The notes: generated by a model from the sequence alone, not told the origin. 64,000 bases of DNA from Dicyema japonicum (GCA_011109175.1 RDEW01000025.1:279990-343989); one strand, 5' to 3'; positions 39,655 to 51,779 are shown, counted from the stretch's first letter. Translations and numbers: made by a program.

Positions 39655-40800
39655 TAACTAATCCCGTGACCTTGAAGTGTTCCAGTCGACACCTCGTCTA
39701 GGGACAGTTGATCGAGAAGACAATGACCGGGAAGCTGAGGTTGAAGCCACTACTCACTAGGGAGCGAAATTGTCTCTGTGGAATGACGAGATAGGTCCTT
39801 TAGAATTCTGGCGATTGTCTGCTACTTAGGCAGATCCGAATACGTCTCAAAGGGAAGGAAGGGAAATTCTCAATCAAGTAACCACATGGCACAACGCGGC
39901 CTAATACAATTACTATGTATTTATCTACCCCCGTCTCTTCAAGTAAAAAACAGGTAGATAACAAAAACGTTATAGGCATGAAAGGAATCGCCGATAGATC
40001 TGACAAGTATATTTGGTTCTGTTGAGAACTGATAGGTTAACCCGGACAAGAGAAGAGGTGGTCCGTCTACTGGTCGTCAAGAGAGTACGATGGGAATAGT
40101 GGAGAGGATGATTGTACAATCCAGTACAGATATGAATGTAAATTCAAGTGATGGAGACAACTTAGGAGCGCCAAGTGGACGCGAACTTCTCGCGGTAGGG
40201 AAGCTATACTCTAGAAGTTTGTTTATACGAAGACTTTTAATGGCTTTATTGGATATCCAGTCATGAATTGTATTCAGTCGTGACTGAGAAGGCTCAGTCT
40301 CTGGCATGGTTTGTACAATCCGAATTTGATCACCAAGAGAGGAATAATTCTCCTACAATTACTATATAAACTGTTGTCGCCTAGAAAAGCAGGGGTTCTA
40401 CGTGCTGAATCCAAGAGATACCCCATATTCCCATTATATCTCTTCAAAGATTATGTGAGAATTGCAAAAAATAATTACCTAAATATTTTGGAAGACCATT
40501 TGTTCGCCTCTTTAGTGCCAAACACTGGGACCTTCTTGACGAACAGAATGCGGGTCACTTCTCTCTTATCTAGGTCGCCTTAGAATTCTTATCTGGGTAC
40601 CAAAAACATCCATCGATCTCTGGGAGAGTCCGGTCTTGGAAGTGATGTTTTTGTTACCACCGGTTTCTTTCACTCGAAGGAACCGGAGAAAATGAATAAA
40701 CGTCGGGCATCCTTGGTCCACAATTGGACGATTTAGATAATCGGATCGGTTCAATGATCCAAACGGTCACCAAGGATCAACGCGAAACGTGAAGGATGGA
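39655..40800 (-). mobile_element. Degenerate LINE 3' half with TTAG tail
   Basis: The 3' end GTCACGGGATTAGTTAA on - is colinear with 61540-61665 (+). Confidence 0.5.
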
Positions 40801-41259
40801 GACCATATCTCGATAACAATCTTCTGAGGAAACTAGCAATTCAAACCTATTAAATTATAGATATTGACAAATTATTATTTTGTGAAGTAAAAAGTTACTT
40901 TTTTGAATCCACCAATTAGAAAATTTGACAAGTGGTGGAATAGGTTAATGTACAGTAAGACCTGTAACCATTTTTGAAATTTTCTAAAAAGAACGATTCG
41001 GAAATTTTGAGGATGAGAGAAGAAAATGGACTTTAATCTGATTTCATGATCAATTTAATTTTCTAGACTAAAATATAAATTATGTTCTTCACTAGGGACA
41101 TGTCGTTATCTGGAGACAAGTTCTGGAACGCTGAACAAAGCAAACTCAAAAAGTTAGTTTGGTTACCTTGTTGGCTTTGGAATATTTTTAATTTTAATTT
41201 AATGTCAACATAAAAACAAAGTAAATTAAGCAAAAATAAATTATGGATGGTAAATCAGT

Positions 41260-42175
41260 TCATGGGCAAGAATAAAGAGAAGTCACGTTGGATATAAGTC
41301 GTGAAGTCCAAAAATACCACATTGAAATACACTTAGTTTTACGTCGTTTTTCATTATTTTAAGTCCTTCACTGGTGTACATGGAATAGATTACTTGCTCA
41401 TCGGTTGCAGTCAGATTCATTGCGATCATCTTGTCGAAGAATTTTTCATAGGCATCACAAAATGCTGAAACTGGTTCAATATGACCTGCCAAAGTACCCC
41501 CAGCTACCCAGACTTTTGTTTCTTTGACTATTCTTTCAATCGGATAATCATAGAACTTATAAGCTTGAGTCATTAACACACGTGTCTTTTCCATATATTT
41601 TGAGGCTCTCAGCGAGAACTTGGTTTTACTATAAGAGTATCGAAATAGACCAACATCAACCCAGGCGATGTATGAAAATTTACCATGGAAGAGTTTGATA
41701 GTCCGTCTGATCATGTCGTGTTTGGAATGCATTACAGCACAATAATCAGAATTGACGGCCTCTGGTGATTTTTTACCAAATCCGGGAAGAGTAAATATAT
41801 GCTTTATTTCATTTATTCTGCGGAAGCCAAAGAGTTCTGATCTATTGACGTACAATAATGTAGTGGGAAGATTTCTTCTGATACTTTCCATATGTTTCAG
41901 GATTTTCTTACTGTCCGAGAAGAAGACGAGATGGTTATCAACATGTCTGAATATACGCATCCATTTAATATATTGAAAGGAATTACGGAGTTCAGTTGGT
42001 TTTTGAAATTTTCCAATGTTGTAGTAGCCGCTTACTATTATGAATTTTTCACCTCTTATTTCCCTTCTGCAAATGGCCTAAAATATTCTGATTGGCTTAC
42101 CAATAATGATACAATCTGATAAATTGTTGCCATAAACAATAATAGAATCAGAGTGACTCTGTACCTCATTATCAT
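41260..42175 (-). CDS. HtrL/YibB-family putative glycosyltransferase, paralog 1 (N-terminal signal anchor)
   Basis: Exon 1 42101-42175 (MIMRYRVTLILLLFMATIYQIVSLL); intron 42078-42100 (23 nt); then IVSGYYNIG..Y.KWM..DNHLVFFSD..YCAVMHSK..YIAWVDVG..VAGG..TDEQ. As assembled it stops at 41283; a 1-nt deletion versus paralog 3 hides the homologous stop at 41260. Confidence 0.7.
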
Positions 42176-42519
42176 TACTCAGAGATTTATTTTTTATGTT
42201 GAATATTATTTTATTAATTTTTAATTTATTTAAAAATATTTATTTATTTTTAAATTAATATAAATTGATTTTGGTGCTTTTTGTAGTTAACTTTATTGCC
42301 AAGTATTTATTTGCCAAGTATTGTCTCAAAAAATATATTTATTTACTAAATTCAAATTTAATGAACCCCAACGTTCGAGATTTTCCTTATCGAATTTTTC
42401 TACGCTGCTTTAGTCAAATAAAATTGATATAATAATAAGATTACGGGATTAGTATTAATTTTTAATTTCAAGGTTAAATCGAAGAAATTTCGATTATTCA
42501 TTTGATCACTATTTATACA

Positions 42520-42770
42520 TCATTTTGTAACTAAAGAATACTTTCGGCTTACCTTCCAGTCGATCTCCGTTGGGATATCTGGTGAGCCTGGCCCTAGCAC
42601 AGCAAAGTTTATCAGGGTGATCGATCGGTTTGCAGGACTACGGAAGCGAGAGACTGTAATGACTCGATGGCTCTTCCAGAACATTGGGCTTGCGATCATG
42701 AGTGGCACTCCCATTGCTTTCTCAATGCTTGCTACCCAAAATGGATCACCCGTCTCGAAAATTTGAATTA
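42520..42770 (-). other. Possible orphan exon
   Basis: Open frame FETGDPFWVASIEKAMG..PTEIDWK followed by a 22-nt GTAAGCCGAAAGTATTCTTTAG intron-like segment. Confidence 0.25.
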
Positions 42771-43486
42771 ATTAATTATTGAGTAATTGAATATAAAAAA
42801 AATATAATTAAAAAAAGAGAATTATCGACCTTTTTAGTCACGAAAATACAAAATCCAAATTTAACCGCCATAATATAATTTATATTTTTTGTGAAAGTGA
42901 ATTTTTACCCTCTACTAAGTCGGGATCTACGGGTCCCCAAGTTACACAAGATCATACAAAAGGTTACTAAATCTTTATTAAAATGGTATATAAAATTTAA
43001 AAAAATTTAAAAAAACAAAATTTAAAAGACTTTAATTAACTACTTTTTTAGACTGAAACCCAGCACTCTTACTAGTACCTTAAGAGTCGTAGGTTCCTCA
43101 GGATTTCCCCACTTGCCCAACATCTCTGGTGATACTCATTTGCTATATGATAGTCTTTTGTTACTGGCATAATACTCTTGGCCATAGATACCCAGAGACG
43201 AGATAGTGAGACATGGAGTTCTGGACATTTTTACTATTTTGATGTGGTGACGTGACTTTCAATGTTAATTTCAAATCCAACTTTTATCTTCTCTAAGCTA
43301 TTATTCACGTCACTACAAGAGTGGTAAAAGGCAGAGGCCCACGTGGGTTAGAATCAAACTTATAAAGGCATTTCATGCACATTTTTCTAGATCGGAAGGA
43401 CTGTGACCAATTAACACTCCCCTTCCATCTTCAAAATTCCAAAATACTTTGCTTGATCTTCCAAACGCTTCTGAGGTGTCTTCAGC

Positions 43487-44830
43487 GTGTCCATTCAAAA
43501 TGGCCTCCATCAAAACATCCTCAATTCAAAATGGCCTACAATTAATTTTTTCAGGTTTTGGATAAGTTCATCAATAAACATCACGAGATTTTAGCGAAAC
43601 GACATATTAGGTAAAAAATCATCTTTTTTAAATCTTATAAAAATTGATTTTACCAAGGTCCTCGACATCTTTAGGTAAAAATCATTTTTTAAATCTTATA
43701 AAAATTGATTTTACCAAGGTCCTCGACATCTTTAGGTAAAAAATCATCTTTTTTAAATCTTATAAAAATTGATTTTACCAAGGTCCTCGACATCTTTAGG
43801 TAAAAAATCATCTTTTTTAAATCTTATAAAAATTGATTTTACCAAGGTCCTCGACATCTTTAGGTAAAAAATCATCTTTTTAAATCTTATAAAAATTGAT
43901 TTTACCAAGGTCCTCGACATCTTTAGGTAAAAAATCATCTTTTTTAAATCTTATAAAAATTGATTTTAACGGGTCCTATGGGTAAGTGGAACATTTTACC
44001 AAGGTCCATATCTCAATTGGAGGCTGGCACAACGTTTTTAGAAGTACATTTGACACTAAACAAGACGCCAAGAAATTTTGTTGAGAAATTGATAAAAGAA
44101 GAAAGCATAATGATAAAATTCTTAAGATTACGAAATGGAGAAAAATTAAAGAAAAACTAAATATATCGCTTTATTTGAGAATACATTGAGATTTGTTTAA
44201 GAACAAATGTTACTTAACTTGGATCCGATAGAATATATATTCAATTTAGTTATATATTCATTTTCTATTTTTCCTTTTGAAAATAAATCTTTCATTTTAA
44301 ATTTAAATAAAAATATTTAATAAAATAAATGTTTACCTAAAGATGTCGAGGACATTGGTAAATTGTTCCACTTACCCATAGGACCTGTTAAAATCAATTT
44401 TTATAAGATTTCAAAAAGATGACTTTTTCACCTAAAGATGTCGAGGACCTTGCAAAATGTTCCACTTACCCATAGGACCCGTTAAAATCAATTTTTATAA
44501 GATTTCAAAAAGATGACTTTTTCACCTAAAGATGTCGAGGACCTTGGTAAATTGTTCCAGTTACCCATAGAACCTGTTAAAATCAATTTTTATAAGATTT
44601 CAAAAAGATGACTTTTTTTCCTAAAGATGTCGAGGACCTTGGAAAAATCAATTTTTATAAGATATAAAAAGATGACTCTTTTACCTAAAGATGTCGAGGA
44701 CCTTGGTAAAATATCTCGTGATGTCTATTGATGAACGTATCAAAACCTGAGAAATTTTATTGGAGGCCATTTTGAATGGAGGCCGTTTTGAATGGAGGCA
44801 TTTTGAAAGAGGCCATTTTGAATGGGAACC
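43487..44830. mobile_element. Foldback/MULE-like non-autonomous element with long modular inverted arms
   Basis: Direct repeat GTCTTCAGC at 43478-43486 and 44831-44839. Inverted termini CCATTCAAAATGGCC / GGCCATTTTGAATGG. The left arm has six starts of a 61-64-nt unit (43608-43960); the right arm has inverted units spaced 95, 94, 95 and 64 nt (44336-44710). AT-rich spacer between the arms. Confidence 0.85.
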
Positions 44831-45639
44831 GTCTTCAGCGAACATTGATGAAAGCGAAACTTCCCTGTCACAAAAACTTTATGCCCCCTGTTGTGTCTCC
44901 GTTACAGTCACAATACGCTTTTACGGAGAAACAAATTTATAAATTAGTTTTGTCTTTAAATTTTTCACGGTCAACTCATATCACCATTGTGGGACGTCCT
45001 CCAGGGAAAAGAGATCCTCTATGTATGCAGCCTTTGCCACTGAAGTCTCCTTGGACGGATATATAACTGACGTCTTTAGAAATTGAAGAAGACGAAGAGG
45101 AATTGTGGAAGATCTTAGACTAGGTAGGTAGACTTTTGGAATAGAATGAACGAGCAATCACGGCACGAGCAACAGCAGTAACCAACGTACTTTCTGTTCT
45201 CACATTATCCAGACAAGCTCAAGGAAACAACTCAGAAATGTACGAATATTATTATTTCTAGATTAGTTTTCAATATATTTTGATTCTATTGGATTATGTT
45301 TGCTTATTTTTGTATTTAAAATCATTCACTTTACACCCCGACGAGGAAAACACTGAATTTGATTAAAAGACAAGAATTCAGACTAAAATTATTTTTTAGA
45401 AAATTATAACCAAAATTAATTTAAAAAATATACAGTTCTGATTAATCCATAAAATAATAAATTTACAAAAAAATTATGCTCACAATTACATCATTTTAAG
45501 GACATGAATAATAAGTAGTCACTGGATAAAAAAACGTGAAGTCCAAAAAACCACAATGCTGTTTATTATTTACGAAAATGGGAACGTTGATCTGGCAAAA
45601 TCTTAGGATTGGTTAACCAGTGGAAATAATAGCCCGAGA

Positions 45640-46090
45640 TCGGAGACATGTATTCTTTGCTTCATGACATGATTTTTTGACACCAATGATTCTCTGTAAT
45701 CATTGCAAGAAGGCTAAGATATCAGTGGATCATTTGGCTACATGTTGTACCAGAATGCTTAATAGTGATTATGTGAGGTGGTATCACAATAAACCAGACA
45801 TTTTCGTGTATGACAAAATGAAGAATGAGATTGTGGTTATTCAAGTCGGAACCACCTCACAAGAAGCACTCAAGACTACAGAGATAGAAAAGCTACACTA
45901 GTATGACTTGTTCGCTTGAGAATTGAGCACAGTATATGATGCTTCGATGCGAATCATCGACAGGATTATCTCCACGTGCTATAGTAATCATTCGAAATCT
46001 TTGTCGATTGATGTGCCAATAAGAGCTTTATTCAATCGGTGATGTTAAACAAATCATTAGAAAGTATGATTGTCGAGAACTAACATGGCC
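45640..46090 (+). mobile_element. R4/NeSL-like CCHC + REL fragment
   Basis: CNHCKKAKISVDHLATCC..YVR..NKPDIFVYDK..EIEKLH*YDL. Confidence 0.75.
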
Positions 46091-46214
46091 ACTCAATTAC
46101 ATTACTAATTTAAATAAAAACTGAAATTAATTATGAAAAAATAAATTATTTTTATTTATTAACATGGCAACAATCTTTGGTAAGCCGAGCACAAACAATC
46201 ACAACTAAATCAGT

Positions 46215-47133
46215 TTATGGGCACGAATAATTAGAAGTTACGTTGGATAAAAGTAGATGAAGTCCAAAAATACCACATTTAAAGACACTTAGTTTTATTT
46301 GTTTTTCATTATTTTAAGTCCTTCACTGGTGTACATTGCGTAGAGAAATTGTTCATCAGTTGCCATCAGATTCATTAAGACCATCTTGTTAAAGAATTTT
46401 TCATATGCATCACAAAATACTGAAACTAGGTCAATATGACCTACCAAGGTACCTCCACCTATCCAGACTTTAGATTCTTTGATAATTTTTTCAACCGGCA
46501 AGTCATAGAACTTGTAAGCTTGAGTCATTAACAAACGTGTCTTATCCATGTATTCCGAGGCCCTCAAAGAGAACTTGGTTTTACTATAAGAGTATCGAAA
46601 TAGACCAACATCAACCCAGGTGATGTATGAAAAATTACCATGGAAGAGTTTGATAGTCCGTCTGATCATGTCGTGTTTGGAATGCATAATAGCACAATAA
46701 TCAGGATTGATGGCCTCTGGTGAATTCATAGCAAATCCAGGAAAAGTAAATATATGTTTTATTTCATTTATTCTGCGGAAGCCAAACAATTCTGATCTAT
46801 TGACGTGCATTAATGTAGTGGGAAGATTTCTTCTGATACTTTCCATGTGTTTCAGGATTTTCTTACTGTCCGAGAAAAAAACAAGATGGTTATCAACATG
46901 TCTGAATATGCGCATCCATTTAATATATTGAGAAGGTTTACGGACAAAATTATCTGGTTTTTTGAATGTTCCAATATCGTAATAGCCGCTTACTAGAATG
47001 AATTTTTCACCCTTTACTTCTCTTCTGCTAACAGCCTAAAATATTTTGATTGCGTTACCGCTAATGATAAAATCTGATAAATTGTTGCTGGAAATAGTAA
47101 TAGAATGAGAGTCACTCTGTATCTTATTATCAT
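46215..47133 (-). CDS. HtrL/YibB-family putative glycosyltransferase, paralog 2
   Basis: Exon 1 47059-47133; 23-nt intron 47036-47058 at the same position; same motifs. A 1-nt deletion in an A-run gives a stop at 46295; shifting frame restores ..KLSVFKCGIFGLH..YSCP* ending at 46215. Confidence 0.7.
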
Positions 47134-47599
47134 TAACGAGAAAATGAATTTTATTGGGTTTGAATAAATATTAATTTAAAAAATATTTATTTATTCTAAT
47201 TTAAAATAAATTACTTTTTGTAGTTCAAGAGATTAACTAATATTTATTAAACGACAACAGATGATGGTGAGGGCAGTCAGTCTGCCTAACAGTCCTTCTA
47301 GCCATGACCAGTTACTTTAAAAACTGTTGGTTTCCTACGTTTCTGCAATGATTTAGGAAACCCATTGAGAGAAAAGGGTGTCCCAATAAGAGATATTCTG
47401 ATCTTCTCTAGAAGGGCTCCCCGATATAATTCCTCTGCAGACACAAAAGAACGGACTTCAGAGGGCGGCTGGCTCGCTGACGGAAAAAATAAGTGTTCGG
47501 GTGCTATTAAAGGCTGAAATCGCCTGATTATTCAATAAGGTCCGCCACGTAATTTTGAAATGATAAATAAATTCACTAAATTCAAATTAACCCACGTTA

Positions 47600-47990
47600 G
47601 GATTTACCTGCTTGAATTTGTAAAAAATCGAACTTTGGTCATAAAAATTTTTAAAAGACACGAATTGAATAAAGTCACTAGTCCGTTAATTAAGAGGCCA
47701 GGATTGCGTGTGAACGACCCTCTGTCTAATCCAAAGTCCTTCCTCAGGGTTCGTTTCTGTTAGAAGCGAAAGGTGTCCGTCATTTTTCAATGACCCCGAA
47801 ATTCTCCGTAGCAATAGGCAAGAAATGGTAGTTTTCTTTGAGTGACTTGTATTTCCTTGACTCTTCGTTGTCTGCCGAGTCTCCAGGTGAGTGTGTGGCC
47901 TTCAGTTATTTCAGAAAAGGTTTCAACGCATTCCACCTGTCCTCTTCCCACCGCCTCTGTCAAGCCTAGGGGTTCTAGATTAATAGAATT
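47600..47990 (-). mobile_element. CRE-like 3' remnant
   Basis: ADNEESRKYKSLKENYHFLPIATENFG matches the CRE C-terminal K..KY..L...Y.F.PIA.E motif. Confidence 0.55.
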
Positions 47991-47999
47991 GTTATAAAA

Positions 48000-50600
48000 A
48001 ATTAAATCACCTATTTTTTTATTTGGCTGAATAATAGTTCATGGATTTGAACCAACTCCCCCATTTTCCAATGTAATATCAGACACTAGACCCAATAAGG
48101 ATGCCTCATCCCTCGACGTTCAAGATTGAACTCTTTAAAGTGGGGGAAGAAGCTGAACTGCTTGAAATTCCCGCTGCACTTATAAAGTAAAATGACTTGG
48201 TTCAGGGGTCCCACAATTACGTTACCCTTCCCAGTCAAGGCTGCCAAGTTAGTGAATTCTGTCGACGAAAAACATAAATCGAGCAAATCAAGTGCCCCCT
48301 CTACCAAAAGGTACTACTAGGGCTTGTGGCAATAAGAAGATCGAAAAGCAATGTCCTTGTTTCTGACAGAATACCTTTATCTAGAAGGTGCATTAAAGTC
48401 CAGTGAACCTCAAAGTAAAGTAATATAACGACACCCTCACGTTGGGTTATGTTCTCAGGCTCTGGAATGAGGTGAAACTGGTTTTTGTAAAAAAACAACG
48501 AGTTCCCCAGGGTCTGTTCAAAATTTTCTTGTCATTTCCTGGCCCGGCCAAAATGAAGACTAAATTAGCTGTGTATCCTGATATCGTATTCTATGCTCAT
48601 TCACGGAGTCCAAGAAGCATCCTTCGATAGATATTCAAGAAGAATCCTATCACAATACGTTCCGGAAATTTTCACCTCTGTGGCAAATTAGAGTTTTGGC
48701 TCTCCCGTCTGCAGCTCGGGCATTATCTCCGGATTAGGACCACCAATGGCACTAAAAAACTTAGGGTATTATTCGACTCTATCAGCTGGACACCTGAAGG
48801 CAGCCGGCCTCCTATGCGTTACTGAGGTTGGGGGTTACTAACTAAGACACAAACTTAATATTTTTTGTATAGATATGTCATCCAAAATATAATTTTTTTT
48901 AATATTTAAAAAATTAACTATTTCAAACACTTCGTTATTTCCAGTCACTTTCAAGTGATCACTAACTTTTGTTAGATACAAAAAAATTTTATTTTTAAAC
49001 ACTTTAAGAAAAATTTCTCAACTTCAAGATCCGAGCTGTCCAAGTACGGGCAACAAAGGGAATGATGAAGAGTGTCTTTAGCATTGCTGAGGATATTTCT
49101 GGAGAAAAGCAGATTTCGTTGATAGCGCTTGAGAAAAGTCGTCCTTCAAAAATTCAATGTTAATGTTCTTGCATTTAAAAAACAATATGATATGTCAACG
49201 ATGTTTGGGGACAAATGTGAAGTGTCTTTCAAGTTTTGTTGCCTGAAGATCACTGGTCACTGCTTTAGGGTGATTTGTTCTAGGACATCTGAGGTGGATA
49301 GAAGCACTTTGTCGTAACAAGAGGACCTTAGCGAACTACTAATTCCCGAACATAATTTTCCTGTTTACTTCTGAAGCAAAAAAGGCAGATCCAGACACTT
49401 TGAGTGGCATCCCAATTCGCCTTGGAGATTTGACCTCGAAAGACAAAAAGTGGTGGACAGTCGCTTTGATCTTGGAAGCCAAAGTCGGATAATTTTATAA
49501 GGCACTCGTCAATATTAGATAGGTCAGGCATTCGTAAAAAATAGAGCTTGTTCATTGGGGAAGGTTTCCGTAGGATGACCAACTACAGAGTGATTCGAAT
49601 CCTTTCGAGTCAACTTGTCCTCAGTCAATGGGGTAATTTTGTAGACTTTTCTCAAGGCTAAACTGATGGCCCACACCTACAATATTGAACATTACAGACC
49701 AATGAGGTAATTTATCTACCCCCAGTCGCTTCAGAAAGGCAACTACATAAAGCAGACGCTCCCATAGATCAATCAGGTATATTTGGTGGGTCGTATAAAA
49801 TTGAAAACGGGCCAACGGGAAAGAAGAGGTCCTTAGGTCGTCCATAAAGTAAAAGTGCACATCGACAAAGCCGAGTGTGTGATTCTGTTTAAATAGTCCT
49901 GTAAATCTGCATGACGACCGTAGATTTTATGGGACTCCACTGGAGAAAACCTATGGCAGTTGAATTATCGAAACACTTGTTTGAAGAAGGTGTCTCTCGT
50001 GAATCCCAGAAGAGTGGAACCCTCAACCGGAGTGGACAGCAGCGAGATTCGAACCCGGAACCATCTGGATCACTGAGATGCTTAGGATTGTATGTAGAGT
50101 CTGTTACTGGAAATTGGTCTTTGACAGCATCACATATTTGATCCCAAAGTGAGATGTTCCACAGTAATCAAGGAACTCATCCCCATTACGTGTATACCAT
50201 CATTATATACACTTGAGGAACACTGGAATTGGTCTTCTCCCTAAGATTCAGACTGGAACAGACATAGGTCGATAAATTTCAGAGGATTATGCAAGGAGGT
50301 AGTCTTGTAGTCTCAATTTGAACATTGTCCGTAATTGGCAGAGTTTATTCACGAAACTTCAAAATCACCAAGAAGGTGTCCAAGCCAACGAATTAAGTGA
50401 TCCTTATAGTAATTCACAGTCTTCTAGAATTTCTGCAAAAAAACTCAATCGTAGTGTCCTTCTTTAGTCCTGCAAATGGGCTTTCTGGTTCTTTACAGAA
50501 AAGACGGGTATACTGGTACCTCTGTAACAAATTCAAAATCCAGAGATGTTTGCTCCACATGCTTAGTCTATCAGATCGGTTTAGTGCTTCGAGATGAAGG
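48000..50600. mobile_element. Cluster of highly decayed retroelement remnants
   Basis: Scattered motifs (VPQG-like, TAAC-like tail at about 48836, B-box repeat at about 50050); no intact ORF; boundaries unclear. Confidence 0.3.
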
Positions 50601-50757
50601 AAAGTTTGCGAACACGTGTGCTAGAGTAATCGTAGAAAAGCGAGAAAGTCCCAACGAAGAGTCTGAATTTTTCAAATATAAAAAATATTTAATAATAATA
50701 AAATAATCTAATTTACGTAAAAAACGAAAAGTTTATTATGTTCATAATTAAATCATT

Positions 50758-51674
50758 TTATGGACACGAATCATAAGTAGTCACGTCGGATAAAAGTACG
50801 TGAAGTCCAAAAATACCACATTGAAATACACTCAGTTTTACGTCGTTTTTCATTATTCTGAGTCCTTCACTGGTGTACATTGCGTAGAGTACTTGCTCAT
50901 CAGTGGCCATCAGGTTCATTGAGATCATCTTGTTAAAGAATTTTTCATAGGCATCGCAAAACGCTAAAATTGGATCAATATGACCCGCTAAAGTACCGCC
51001 AGCTACCCAGACTTTTGTTTTTTTGACTATTCTTTCAATCGGATAATCATAGAACTTATAAGCTTGAGTCAGTAACACACGTGTCTTGTCCATATACTCT
51101 GAGGTTCTCAGCGAGAACTTGGTTATACTATAAGAGTATCGAAATAGACCAACATCAACCCAGGCGATGTATGAAAATTTATCATGGAAGAGTTTGATAG
51201 CCCGTCTGATCATGTCGTGTTTGGAATTCACGACAGCACAATAATCAGAATTGGCGGCCTCTGGTGATTTTTTACCAAATCCGGGAAGAGAAAATATCTG
51301 CTTTATTTCATTTATTCTGCGGAAGCCAACCAGTTCTGATCTATTGACGTGCAATAATGTAGTGGGAAGATTTTTTCTGATACTTTCCATATGTTTCAGG
51401 ATTTTCTCATCGTCAGAGAAAAAAACGAGGTGGTTATCAATCTTTCGAAAATGACACATCCAGGCAAAATAGCTAGAAGGTTTTCGAAGACCAGTTGGTT
51501 TAGTGAATTCCCCGATATTATAGTAGCCGCTCACTAATATGAATTTCTCTCCCTTTATTTCCCTTCTGTTTACAGCCTAGAATGTTATTATTGGCTCACC
51601 GAGAATGATATAATCTGATAAATTATTATAAGAAAGAGTAACAAAATCAGAATGACTCTGTACTTCATTATCAT
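50758..51674 (-). CDS. HtrL/YibB-family putative glycosyltransferase, paralog 3 (intact, 297 aa)
   Basis: Exon 1 51600-51674 (MIMKYRVILILLLFLIIIYQIISFS); intron 51577-51599 (23 nt); exon 2 50758-51576 is open to TAA. Confidence 0.78.
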
Positions 51675-51779
51675 TACAAAAAATTGTATTTATTATTTAT
51701 TTATTTATTATTTTTTTTAAATATTTATTTATTTAATAAATTAAGTTTTCCGGTTTGTTTAATAGCTTTGTCAAAATGT

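Noticed and set aside
43753-43938. ORF with repeated MIFYLKMSRTLVKSIFIRFKK peptide
   Set aside because: Chance translation of the 61-64-nt repeat; unit length varies and the frame shifts.
43608-43960. CRISPR-like array
   Set aside because: Head-to-tail units with no unique spacers, mirrored as an inverted array in a TSD-flanked element; eukaryotic context with no cas genes.
33230-46300. Euplotes-like programmed frameshifting at stops
   Set aside because: Shifts are mixed in direction, and some are not adjacent to a stop (GPCR at about 12240). Indel error is simpler.
41752-51454. Conserved + strand ORFs (41752, 46707, 51251)
   Set aside because: Antisense shadows of the three HtrL paralogs; their conservation follows from the sense genes.
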